Shown here one piece after another: positions 31,260 to 41,880 of a stretch of 64,000 bases of DNA. The stretch covers positions 806,001 to 870,000 of the forward strand of contig JANHCV010000006.1 in NCBI GenBank assembly GCA_025594325.1. The letters run 5' to 3'. A model generated the notes under the pieces. It saw nothing but the letters and a program-made list of their open reading frames with translations. It was not told the origin of the DNA and searched no databases. This stretch comes from Blastocladiella emersonii ATCC 22665. Lineage: Eukaryota; Fungi; Blastocladiomycota. Made by a program: the position numbers and the translations under genes. How positions within the stretch are numbered: position 1 is the first letter of the stretch; each line of letters begins with the position of its first letter.

Positions 31260-33314
31260 TCAAATAACAATGTCCTCGGAACGCACCTCGTGGTACTCCT
31301 CGACGATGCTCTCAAACACGTCGCGATCGCCAGAAACGAGTTTGCGCCGCTCGATCCACGCCTTGGCGTTGGCGTCGAGGAGATCGTCGACGAACGCGTT
31401 CACGTTGTGCACGATGCGCACCTCGGTGCGGCTGACGAGCTCGACGGCCACCGTGAACACGGCGTCGCCCGCGCGCTGAGCGAGAAGTTTGCGTCCGCCG
31501 AGCTCCATCTGTGAGCGCGTATCGGAGACAGCCGACGACGTGATCCCGCCGAAAATGTCGCGCAGCTCGCGGTTGCGGAGCACCGACGCGAGCGACCCGT
31601 GCACCGTGGCCACGATCGCGAACACGCGCGTCGACACGGACCGCGCCGCCTGCGCCTCGCGCCCGTTGCTGATTTCGTCAACGGCGACCACGTCGGGGGT
31701 GTGGTTCTGCACGGCCTCGAGCATCGACTCGTGCTGCAACGAGCGAGCCGGAACATGCATGCGGCGGCAGCGGTGCAGCGACGGGTGAGGAACGTCGCCC
31801 GGCCCGCCCACCTCGCCCGACGTGTCGACGATCATCACGTTGCGACGGCGGCGCGTCGAGTCGCCCTCGCTGAGCCGAGCGCAAATGTCCCGAAGCGTGT
31901 GCGTCTTGCCGGTCCCGGGACGGCCGACGACCAGAATCGACTCGCCGCGAGCAAGCAGGTCGCGGATCAGGACGGTCGCGAGACCCGAGTTGGGCTGAGC
32001 GGCGCGCCCGATGCGCATCGTCACGCCGATCGGAGTAGTACCGTCACGACCAGCAATCCACGAGATTCGGTGGAGCTGACCGTCGATACCGCCGCGACGA
32101 TCCGAGGAGAAGGTGCGACCAGCGATAATCGCGTTGAGCATCTCGCGAGTAACAGGCCCAAAATCGTCGAGATCGATGACGCTCGAGGTCAAACCGTCGT
32201 CGCCAGGGTGCGAGACGGACGACTTGCGAGTGCCGACAAGACTTGCGTCGAGAAAACGAAGGCGAGGCGACATGCCAAGGTCGAGACAAATCTCGTCGAG
32301 CGCGTCCATGTTGTCAGCAGACAAGCGACCGCGGACGTGCTCTTGAAGCGCGAGCGGAAGCAGACCGATCAAGTCGTTGATCTCGGTGCGGACTCGTGTC
32401 GCGAAGCTTTGGGCTTCGGGGTCACGATCGGGTGAAGATTTCGAAGACTCGTTGGGCAAGTGGCGCCAAAGCAGCTGCGACGGCCGATCCGGGGAAAAGC
32501 GAGCTTGGACGAGTCGACCGCGAGGCATCGGTTCCTTGCTCCAGCCAGGAATATGAGTGGCCGGCGAAACGGAAGCGTGCGAAGTTGTCAAACGGGCGCC
32601 GTAGAGCTTGTCAGCAAGAGATTGCGTCGGAGTAGAGGTGACAGCGTGGTCGTGCGCGTCGGCTGGTTTCGCAAGCAGACGGTTCAAGAGCTCGCTTGCG
32701 GGTTTGGCCTCCGCGTAAATAGTCGGATCAGGCCGCTCCTGTCCGTCAAGCAAGAGAATCTTGTTTCTGCCCTGCGTAACCGCCTCGATGGTGTCGAACA
32801 TGTTGAGAGAGAAGTGGGTCTCGAGAGGCCGCGCGAGCTGGCAAATTGAGAGCGTTGGGTCAGCGAGGCAAGCAGGGTGGGCGAAAAAGTGCTTGGTGAG
32901 CTTGCCGACGTCGGTTGAGCCCGATTTGTAGAGATGACCGTAGACGTCCATCATGAGCACTCGGGGACACTTGAGCACAGCTTCATCGGCGACTGGTTGA
33001 CGGAGGAGAAAATACTTTTTGGGACCCTCCTGCGAGGAGCGGACGACGACGTCGGGGAACAGAGAAGTGAGACCATCGAGGCCTCCAACAAGGTGAAAGG
33101 CAAGCTCCTTGCAAAGAATCCGGGATAGAATATTGGCCTCTTCGCCCCCAAGGATGTTCGGGCCGACCTTCATCTGCATGGCAGTCTTGTGCAGAAGCTG
33201 CCGGACAATACTATTCGGTGGTTTCATGGTAGCCGATTTAAGTGGAGAGGGCAGGGGAAACGCGACGTCGGAGCTCAACGTCATCGCGGGCGTGTCCAAA
33301 GCGTGTCCATTCAT
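31260..33314 (-). CDS. SpoIIIAA/ycf45-like ATPase, tandem copy B (~684 aa)
   Basis: Same ATPase motifs as copy A, with a near-identical core. The N-terminus aligns to copy A only weakly (GGLDGLTSLFPD vs GGMAGLASAFPQ). Start taken at MNGHAL. Confidence 0.85.
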   Translation of the reverse strand: MNGHALDTPAMTLSSDVAFPLPSPLKSATMKPPNSIVRQLLHKTAMQMKVGPNILGGEEANILSRILCKELAFHLVGGLDGLTSLFPDVVVRSSQEGPKKYFLLRQPVADEAVLKCPRVLMMDVYGHLYKSGSTDVGKLTKHFFAHPACLADPTLSICQLARPLETHFSLNMFDTIEAVTQGRNKILLLDGQERPDPTIYAEAKPASELLNRLLAKPADAHDHAVTSTPTQSLADKLYGARLTTSHASVSPATHIPGWSKEPMPRGRLVQARFSPDRPSQLLWRHLPNESSKSSPDRDPEAQSFATRVRTEINDLIGLLPLALQEHVRGRLSADNMDALDEICLDLGMSPRLRFLDASLVGTRKSSVSHPGDDGLTSSVIDLDDFGPVTREMLNAIIAGRTFSSDRRGGIDGQLHRISWIAGRDGTTPIGVTMRIGRAAQPNSGLATVLIRDLLARGESILVVGRPGTGKTHTLRDICARLSEGDSTRRRRNVMIVDTSGEVGGPGDVPHPSLHRCRRMHVPARSLQHESMLEAVQNHTPDVVAVDEISNGREAQAARSVSTRVFAIVATVHGSLASVLRNRELRDIFGGITSSAVSDTRSQMELGGRKLLAQRAGDAVFTVAVELVSRTEVRIVHNVNAFVDDLLDANAKAWIERRKLVSGDRDVFESIVEEYHEVRSEDIVI

Positions 33315-33469
33315 GAGTGACGCGATCACGAGGTGGCTGCGCCACACCACTCGACGCGCTGCGCCACCCTGATCAAGTCTCCCCGCTGCCCGCTTGAATC
33401 GAGTAAACCGCGAAAAAAAACACCACTACGCAGTAACTAAACATTTAATTTACGCATTGAAGCGCCTCG

Positions 33470-35377
33470 TCAATCAAGTTGCAACGCAACCCAAGCGAAC
33501 GACGCGGTCTCTGCAGCCAGCTCGGGACGCTGGTGCGCACCCGCGAGCTTCTCGTACAACTTGGCAGCTTGAGTGTTAACGATCGATGAGGCAACATCAG
33601 GGCATCCGGCCATGATACACCTAAACGCGTATTTCCACGGCGTCCAAGCGCGCTTGCGCGACTGAGGAAAGATCGTTGGGAACGGAATCGCAGGAAGCGC
33701 GCGATAGCTCTGGTGCGCGTCAATGATGCGCAACAACACGTAGAACCCACGGCGCTCGGGCTGCTCCGAACTGCGGCTGCACAGGAAATGCATGGTTGAC
33801 GAGTATGTTGCCGGGTCGCACAGGAGGTGGATGGCAAGGGCTGCAGTGAAATCGTTCAAGTCTTTAGAGGTGTCGATGCTGATCGCTGCACGGAGTATGT
33901 TTTCATGGCCACCAACAAGCATGCTGCAGTAGGCGAGATGCGGAATCAGCTTTTTCTGAGCCGACCTTTGCTTGAGGAGCGAGGTCAGGAGCTCGACCCG
34001 ATCAAAGCCAAAAGCGGAAGCGCGGTCAAAGTGAAAGGCAAGGGGCCCAAGTCCCTCGGTTCCAATGTCGACACGAGCGAGAGCTACATGATGATTAGTG
34101 ACTCAAAGTTCGGAAAAGGAGCGATGCGTAAGGGAGTAACGCGTACCATCAACAAGGATCGAGTACGTGTCATTATACTTCTGCGAGCGTTTCGTGACGG
34201 CACACTGAACCTCGCGCGGGGCCCAAGGCGCAATCAACCACAGTCCAGCCCAGTCACTGTCCGCAAGTAAGTTTGCGCGTTCGAGCTCGAGGAACAGCGA
34301 CACGTTTGCCGGCGACAGGAACCAGGATGCAACAATTCGCTGGGGACCCGACACTCCGAAGTGGGGGCGGTTTTTCCACGCTTCGCGATCCGCAATGTTC
34401 CAAAGCGCCTTGAAGAGGTGGAAACAGTTGCGAGTCACAACACGTTCAAAGAACTCGGTGCTCTTGTTGCGAGGTAGTGATTCAAAGGTCCATCCACGGC
34501 TCGCAAGCCAGTGGACGAGTTCAACGGCGTCACCTTCAGTGTCTGCGCTGAGGTCGCAGAGGGTGGCGGACATTCGATCGCACGGGCCGTGTTGCGTCAA
34601 GATGGCTTCTGCCATTCGGGAAGCGAGGGTCTCGCTAACGAACGCTGGCGTGAGCGAGTTCACGGCCTTGAGGTTCCACCCGCTAATGGCGAGGATGAGA
34701 AGAGAGGCTGGGAAAGTTGAAGCGCCCCAGGTGGGGCGACCCGTGTCGCCGTACAAGCATTCTTCAAAGATATCCAGGATATTGCCGCCGTGGGCCAGAT
34801 CTACGATCAAACTTGCAGCCTCATAGCGCGGCTCGCACGAGTAGCGCATCCAGAACCGAACCAGCTCCTTTCGCAAAAGGCAATCCGGGCCCGAGTCGCG
34901 ACGACAACAACTGCCCGCTGCAAGAGGTCGTGATCTTGAACCAAAACAGCATAGAACGCTAGCGCCATCGCGATGGTGCCAATTATGGTGGGTGTCGAAA
35001 GATCCGGCAGGCGGGTCAAGAGAATCGAGCGGGGGTGCGGGAACGCGAGCCAAGCAAGTAGTGAATCGGGCTGAGAACGGGTGCAGAACTCGTTTGCGAG
35101 AAGACTGGAGTCGATTGACTTGGAGGTAATACTGCCAAGTGTCTTGCTCCAGATAGTCAAGAAGCGGCCAACCTGTAGGGTAGTTTGAACGGGACGCCTC
35201 GCGGGCGATGTGGCGCCGCATCCAAAACCAGGTGACGATCGGCTCCGAAGCAACGTTGTGCAGCTCGCCGGAAGCGACGAGGATCCGAACCGCCGGCCGC
35301 GTCAGCGCGATGACCTGGCAGATCAGCTCGGTCGGGAGTTGGCCGAGCGAGCAGCGCAAGCAAGCCGAGTCATCCAT
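33470..35377 (-). CDS. F-box-like protein with degenerate helical repeats; intron 34084-34146
   Basis: N-terminal LGQLPTELICQVIAL is F-box-like. A GTACGC...CTAAT...TAG intron joins the 34103-35377 and 33470-33922 ORFs in frame. Codon usage is lower in GC than core genes. Confidence 0.6.
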
Positions 35378-35572
35378 TTATTGCATGAACGCAGTTGCAT
35401 GTAGTTCAAGCAAGTTTTGTGAAGTGTGGATCCGGTCCTATGAGAGCTGGGACGTGAGACGCGAGGACAATCTTTCGCATGTCTCGCGTTCTGACCATCA
35501 GATGACGGAGCGCCACTTTTTTCGCGACGTTCATCCCGCCGCTCGCCTCCTCTCCAGCGCACCACCAGGGCA

Positions 35573-36393
35573 ATGAAATCGCAGCGAATGGCATTCCGAC
35601 TACTTGCAACAGCCGACCCGGCGCACCTCGCGACCTGGCCTTCCGCCACGGCAGCGGCCACCGCCAAGCCGGCCCGCATCGCGGTGCTTGACTCGTCGCA
35701 CAACCCGCCGACGGTCGCGCACTACACGCTGCTGAAGCACGCACTCGAGGCAAGTCCTGAAAGGTAGCTCTTGCCCGTCACCCCACTCTCTTGGGCGAAC
35801 CTAACACTCGCAAGTCTAGCTATGACGCAGTCCTGATCCTCCTCGCAACGCGCAACGCCGACAAGGGCCACCTGTCCGACTCGGCCATCGACCACCGCGC
35901 CGCCATGATGCACTCCGTCGCTCGCTCCCTAAACTCTTCTCTCCCCGTCGCCGTCGCGACGACCGAGCACGCGCTGTTCCTCGACAAGGCGCGCGCGGTG
36001 CGCGAGCACGCTCCCGGCGCATCGCTCGCGTGGATCGTCGGGACCGACACGCTGCACCGCATCTTCCACCCGAAATACTATTCCCCGAACGTCCCGCTCG
36101 TCGAGCACCTCGCGCCGCTGTTCGACGCGTCGTCGCTCGTCGTAGCCGCGCGGCCGGACCTGCCGCCGCTCGTGGGCGTGGACGCGGGCGCGGTGGCTGA
36201 GGCCGAGCGGCGCGGGTGGGTGCGGCCGCTTGTGGTTCCCGAGGCCGAGGCAAAGGAGAAGGTAGACGGTGTGAGCTCGTCGGCGGTCCGCGAGCAGGTC
36301 AAGAAGGGCGACTGGGACGCGGTGCGCCGGCTGGTGCTGCCGGAGGTGTACGATTATATCCGGCGGCACGACTTGTATCGGTCGTTGGAATAA
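35573..36393 (+). CDS. Cytidylyltransferase-family nucleotidyltransferase (NMNAT-like, yeast POF1-like); intron 35764-35819
   Basis: IAVLDSSHNPPTVAH, ILLATRNADK, WIVGTDTLHRIFHPKYY, VSSSAVR. Confidence 0.85.
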
Positions 36394-36549
36394 AGGAGCG
36401 CGGTGTTTATTTCAGCAAGGCTGCCGCGAACAACGGAGCAGAGCAGGCGGGGTGGCGCGGTCGCTGCCGACCTTGGACGCGCGCTCTCGCTCCTTGATCT
36501 CCCCGTAAGCGTAGACTCTCTTGCTACTAGCACTCCCTCACTTATTGCA

Positions 36550-37140
36550 ATGCCGTCAGTCCTGTTCGTCTGCCTCGGCAATATCTGCCGCTCTCCTATG
36601 TAAGCCTATGCATGCCACTCTCCACCGCCAACAACCCCATCTCACGCCCTGCCCCCGCCGCTCAGGTGCGAGGCCGTGTTCGCGCAGCTGGTCCGCGAGC
36701 GCGGTCTCGAGTCCGAGTTCCGGATCGACTCGGCGGGGACGGCGGGCTACCACATTGGCAGCACGCCCGACGAGCGGTCGGTCGAGACGTGCGTCGCGAA
36801 CGGCGTGCCTGTCAAGCACGTTGCGCGCCAGGTCCAGAAGCGCGACTTTGACGAGTTTGACTACATTCTGTGGTACGCGCGCACGCATGCCTCGCGTCGC
36901 GTCGAGTCGCTGGAGTAACGTTCGTTGTGGGAGTGTAGCATGGACCGCAGCAACCTCAAGGACCTGCAGCGGATCGCGCCGCGCGGGAGCAAGGCCGTGG
37001 TCAAGATGTTCGGCGAGTACGATCCGCAGGGCGAGACGATCATCCTCGACCCGTACTACGGTGGTATGGACGGCTTCGAGCGCAACTTCCAGCAGGCGAA
37101 ACGGTGCTCGGCCGCGTTCCTCGCCGAGCTCGGGTTCTGA
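36550..37140 (+). CDS. ACP1: Low molecular weight protein-tyrosine phosphatase; introns 36600-36665 and 36873-36938
   Basis: Active-site VLFVCLGNICRSPM, IDSAGTAGYHIG, ARQV, DFDEFDYILCMD, DPYYG. Confidence 0.95.
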
Positions 37141-37189
37141 TCGAATCCGAAAACTACTGTATTGCGCAACATCGCCCAAAATGCTACCC

Positions 37190-39076
37190 CTACTGCTGCT
37201 GCTGCTGCTTGTGCTTGAACCACCGCTTATCGACGACATAGTAGTTAAGCACGACGTCGCGCCCCGAATGCAGAATCGGCAGCGCGCGCGTGTTGAGGCA
37301 GCCGCGGACAACCCAGCCGGGCGGGACCTGGGCCTTGAACATGCGGTACCGCGGGGTCGCGCGCCGCGTCACGTCCTTGGGGTCGACGCGCACCGCGGAC
37401 CGGTCGCCGCCGAGCTCGAGCCCGCGCTCCGTCACCGCGACGGCACCCGCCGACTCGCCGAGGTACTTGACGATCGGCACCCGCGAGTTGGCGGTGACGC
37501 GCGCGTACAGGTCGTGCAGGGCGTACACGTGCGCGGGGCGGCCGTCCGCGGGCTTGGTGAGATCGAGCGGGACCGGGAGCTGCGCGTCGGTACTCGCAGC
37601 CGCGACCTCGGCGCGCTCGCCGACCGTCGCCACCTCGCACCGGACCAGGAACGGGTGCCGCTTGCCGCACGTGCACGTGGCGTGCTGCTGGAGCAGGACC
37701 GTGGCGGCGGCGCGCAGCGCGGTGCGGTCGAGGTCGTGCGCGGCGTGCACGCGGATCGCGAGGTCGTGCGGGCGCGGGACGTCCAAGGTCTGCGCGGCGA
37801 GGGTGCGGATGAGGGAGGCGAGCGCGTCGGCGGTGCCCGGGCGCGCGGCCCACCGGTCGCCCGAGAAGATCACGTCCGAGACGCCGTTGAGCTGGTTGGC
37901 GTCGAGCTGGGCCTGCCACACGGCGAGGGCGCGGTCGCTGACCGTGTCGCCCCCGGCGACGCCGTCGAGCGGGGCGCCGGTGCCGCACGTCGGGTCGGCG
38001 CCGCCCGGGACCATCTCGAGGAAGCTGCTGAGCGGGGCGGCCGTGTACTTTGCCGAGAAGCAGCCGCGGGCGTAGTGGACGTGGAGCACCGTGAGCGGCG
38101 TGTGGAGACACTCGCCGAGCTGGTCGAGCGCAGTGGCGTGGATCGACGAGTACTCGCGGTAGATGAACCGGAGCACCTCGACGGGGGTCCCCGGGCGCAC
38201 CGTCGACCCGGACGCGAGCGCCGCGACAGCGCCGCGCACGCGCTTCTCGACGTCATTCGCCTCGTACCACTGCGGGACGACGGGGAGCACCGACGACACG
38301 GTGCCGCGGTCCTCGGCCCGCACCGCGCGCGTGTTGATGTGCCGCGCCACCGCGTCAAAGACCCGCGACAGGTAGATGGCGAGCAGCTGCGGCGGCGTGA
38401 AGGTCGCGACGCGGTGCAGGTCGGCTGGCTTGTGCAGCTGCCAGTACGCGCGCACGTCGGCAATCCCGCCGCCCTGCTTGAGCTCGGCGCGCGTCACGGG
38501 CGCCCGGAACGCGTACACGCCCGTCACGTCGCGCTCCACGGCCTGCGCCAGGTTCGTCCACGCGCGCGACCCGTCGGGCGCGTCCGTCGCGTGCAGGTAG
38601 CTGAAGTGCGGCGGCAGCGCCTTGTCGGCACCCACGAAATCAGCGGGATCCGATCCGTCAGCGAACGACACCCGCTCGGGCGCCGGCGTCGCGCGCGCGA
38701 GCACCGCGTCGTCGACGGCGTAGTCGCACAGCGCGAACCGCTGCGCGGCGCCGGGCCGCTCGACCAGGCACGCGGGCAGCGTCAGGTACTCGACCTGGTC
38801 CGTGGTCGCGTTGACGTAGCCCACGGTCGTCTTGGCGGCGCCCAGCTCGTAGCTGATCAGCAGGCCGCGCGCGCCAACGTCCCACAGACGCATCGGCTCG
38901 TGGTCGGGCACGTCCTCGGGGTTGGCCGGGTCGTGCGCAGCGCCGTGGGCGTGGCCGTGCTGGTCGCCGTGTGTGCGCGCGGTGGTGGCGGAGAGCAGGC
39001 CGAGGACGGCGAGCGCCGCGAGGACGCGGAGCGCGCCGGCGACGGCGGCGCGGGCGCGTGGCGGGCGGCGATGCAT
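37190..39076 (-). CDS. Hypothetical secreted protein (~628 aa) with His-rich N-terminus
   Basis: Signal peptide (VLAALAVLGLLSATTA) then HGDQHGHAHGAAHD; long open frame with strong GC3 bias. No family recognised. Confidence 0.75.
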   Translation of the reverse strand: MHRRPPRARAAVAGALRVLAALAVLGLLSATTARTHGDQHGHAHGAAHDPANPEDVPDHEPMRLWDVGARGLLISYELGAAKTTVGYVNATTDQVEYLTLPACLVERPGAAQRFALCDYAVDDAVLARATPAPERVSFADGSDPADFVGADKALPPHFSYLHATDAPDGSRAWTNLAQAVERDVTGVYAFRAPVTRAELKQGGGIADVRAYWQLHKPADLHRVATFTPPQLLAIYLSRVFDAVARHINTRAVRAEDRGTVSSVLPVVPQWYEANDVEKRVRGAVAALASGSTVRPGTPVEVLRFIYREYSSIHATALDQLGECLHTPLTVLHVHYARGCFSAKYTAAPLSSFLEMVPGGADPTCGTGAPLDGVAGGDTVSDRALAVWQAQLDANQLNGVSDVIFSGDRWAARPGTADALASLIRTLAAQTLDVPRPHDLAIRVHAAHDLDRTALRAAATVLLQQHATCTCGKRHPFLVRCEVATVGERAEVAAASTDAQLPVPLDLTKPADGRPAHVYALHDLYARVTANSRVPIVKYLGESAGAVAVTERGLELGGDRSAVRVDPKDVTRRATPRYRMFKAQVPPGWVVRGCLNTRALPILHSGRDVVLNYYVVDKRWFKHKQQQQQ

Positions 39077-39312
39077 GGTGGTGGGTGTTTGGTCGATCCG
39101 TCCGAGGGAGGGAGAGAGGATCGCCAAGCAACCAAAGGGGCCACGTCAAACTTTGTGCAGCGGCAACGGCAACGCAGCGGCACGAGAGACGCGCGGCGGC
39201 CGCTGCGAGACAAACGTGACGCTCAACTCTTGACTCGCGGATTTTCTTCTCCCCATCATCCCGTCAACCCATCACAGAGGCCTCCCTCGCGGAGAGACTG
39301 AGCCGCCACTCT

Positions 39313-40809
39313 ATGCACTCGATCCTGCGCCGCCGCGGCCCCTCCGCCGCTGCCTTGGCCATGCGCGCCGGCGTGCGGCTCGCGATCCGCCCCGCCTCAA
39401 CCGCGGCCACGGCGCAGCGCGAGTACCGCCCGCGGATCACCAACTCTGCCACGTCTCTGCCGACGCGGCCCGCGCTAGACTTCAAGGCCATGGTCGCGAA
39501 CGCGGCGGCCCTGCAGCGCAACGCCGACGAGCGCGCGGTCCCCGGCATCGACCTCGCGCGCGTCGCGTCCCTCTATGAGCAGTGGGGCAAGGCCAAGCAC
39601 CGCCTGCAGACGCTTCAACAGCGCCAGAACACGGTCGCTGCCGAGATGAAGGTGCTCGCGAAAAAGGGCGACAAGCAGGCCATGGCCGCGCTGCGCGATG
39701 CCGGCGCCCAGGCGAAAGCAGACGCCAAGGCGCTCGCGCCCGAGGTCGCGGCACTCGAGGACGCGCTGTATGCCGAGGCCGGCGCGGTGCCCAACCTGAC
39801 GACGCCCGGGACGCCCATCGGCGACGAGTCCAAGGCCGAGATCGTTGAGGTGCTCGGGACGATGCCCACCGCCCTCCCTTCGCCGCCGCGCGACCACGTC
39901 GAGCTGGCCACCAACCTCGACCTGCTCGACCTGCCCGCCGGCGCCAAGGTGACAGGCCACGCCTTCTACTACCTCAAGAACGCGGGCGCGCTGCTCGAGC
40001 TCGCCATCGCGTCGCTCGCGACCCGCATCGCCGTGCGCCACGGCTTCACCCCCGTCAGCGCCCCCGACGTCGTGCGCACCTCGGTCTCGGCCGCGTGCGG
40101 GTTCCAGCCGCGCGACGCGCGCCAGACGCAGAACTACTCGGTCGTCCACCACGACGTGGCCAACCCGACGTCCGCCGAGAACCCCAACTCGCTCGTCCTC
40201 GCGGCCACCGCCGAGATCCCGCTCGCCGGCATGTACGCCAACGCGACGCTCCCCGCGACCGCGCTCCCGCTGCGCATGGTCGCCTTCGGCCGCGCGTTCC
40301 GCGCCGAGTCTGGCGCGCGCGGCGCGGATACCCGCGGGCTGTACCGCGTGCACCAGTTCTCGAAGGTCGAGCTGTTCGCCCTGGCCTCGCCCGATCCAGC
40401 GGCGGCGGACGCCGCGTGGCAGTCGATCCTCGCCGTGCAGCGCGAGCTGGTCTCCGCCCTGGAACTGCACGTGCGGGTCCTGCGGATGCCGACGCAGGAG
40501 CTCGGGGCGGCGGCCGCGCACAAGATCGACATGGAGGCGTGGATGCCCGGGCGCGGCGCGTGGGGCGAGATCTCGTCGGCGAGCAACTGCACCGACTACC
40601 AGAGCCGGCGCCTGGGGATCCGGTGCGAGCCCAAGCGCGAGTTTGTCCACACGCTGAACGGGACCGCGGCCGCGATCCCGCGCCTCATCGTCGCGATCCT
40701 CGAGCAGCACCAGATGCCCGACGGACGCGTCAAGGTGCCCAAGGCGTTGCAGGAGTTTGTGGGGGTGGAGGTGCTCGAGTCGCCGTTCGGGCCGCACGAG
40801 AGCGAGTGA
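39313..40809 (+). CDS. SARS2: Seryl-tRNA synthetase, mitochondrial type
   Basis: Arg-rich presequence, coiled-coil arm, LAATAEIPLAG, FRAESGARGADTRGLYRVHQFSKVE, EISSASNCTDYQSRRL, HTLNGTAAAIPRLIVAILE. Confidence 0.93.
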   Translation: MHSILRRRGPSAAALAMRAGVRLAIRPASTAATAQREYRPRITNSATSLPTRPALDFKAMVANAAALQRNADERAVPGIDLARVASLYEQWGKAKHRLQTLQQRQNTVAAEMKVLAKKGDKQAMAALRDAGAQAKADAKALAPEVAALEDALYAEAGAVPNLTTPGTPIGDESKAEIVEVLGTMPTALPSPPRDHVELATNLDLLDLPAGAKVTGHAFYYLKNAGALLELAIASLATRIAVRHGFTPVSAPDVVRTSVSAACGFQPRDARQTQNYSVVHHDVANPTSAENPNSLVLAATAEIPLAGMYANATLPATALPLRMVAFGRAFRAESGARGADTRGLYRVHQFSKVELFALASPDPAAADAAWQSILAVQRELVSALELHVRVLRMPTQELGAAAAHKIDMEAWMPGRGAWGEISSASNCTDYQSRRLGIRCEPKREFVHTLNGTAAAIPRLIVAILEQHQMPDGRVKVPKALQEFVGVEVLESPFGPHESE

Positions 40810-40914
40810 TGATGATGATGATGTGTGAGCGATCCCTAGGAATATTTATACATGTGTACAAGCTATGCAATCTCTGAAAACTCGCGACGTCACGCAATCT
40901 CGCTAATCTTTCTC

Positions 40915-41630
40915 TTACTGCTGCTGCGGCCGCGGCGGCGGCGGGGGCAGCGCTTGCTGCTGCTGGACGTGTGCACCGGCGGGCGGCGGGGGCGGCGCCT
41001 GGTAGTAGTACGTCTGCCCGTTGTGCGCCGCGTACGCGTAGTGCGCCTGCTGCTGCGGGTGCTGCTGCCGCGCGGCCGGGGGTGGTGGCGGCGGGGGCGG
41101 CGGGCGGTAGTAGCTCGCCGCGGCGCCGGCCGACGGACCACGGCCGTTCCCTGGCTGCGGCGCGGCCCGCGCGGGCGGATCGTGACGCTGGACTGGCGCC
41201 GGCGGGGGTGGCGGCGGTTGGTGGTGCTGCTGCGACGGCGGCTGCGCCGGGTGGTAGTAGTAGTACTGCGGCGCCGGCGCCGGCTGCTGCTGCTGCGGTT
41301 GACGTGGTGCGGGTGCCGGGGCAGGGGCGGGAGCCGGAGCGGTCGCCGTCGTTGCCGTAGGTCGAGCTGCCGCGACGTGCGCGTACGACGGCGCGGACGC
41401 ACTCGCCGCAGCGGTCGGCGCGGCGGAAGCGGGCGCAAGGGCAGGTGCGCGCGCGGGAACGTGGTGCGGGTGGCTCGCGACCACGGGAACGGGCACGGGC
41501 GGGAGCGCGCGCTGCTGCTGCTGCTGTTCCTGGCGCTGGTGCTGCTCCTGCTGCCGTTGGTACTGCTGCTGATAGTGGTGGTAGTACGCTGCGTACTGCT
41601 CCTGCTGGTGCTGCTGGGCCGCTGTCAGCG

Positions 41631-41662
<32 letters not shown>

Positions 41663-41849
41663 TGGGCCGCGGTGGGCGGCGGCGGCTGCTGCTGCTTCTG
41701 CGCGGGAGGTGCGGGTGGTGGCGGCGGCGGTTGGTGAGCGTGCCGCGGCTGCGTCGAGTGCTGCGCTGGATCCGTGCGAACGCGGGCGACTTGCGCGGGA
41801 GCGACGGGGCGGGTCGCGGCAGGCGCTGGAGCGCTTGCTGGCTGCGCTT

Positions 41850-41880
<31 letters not shown>

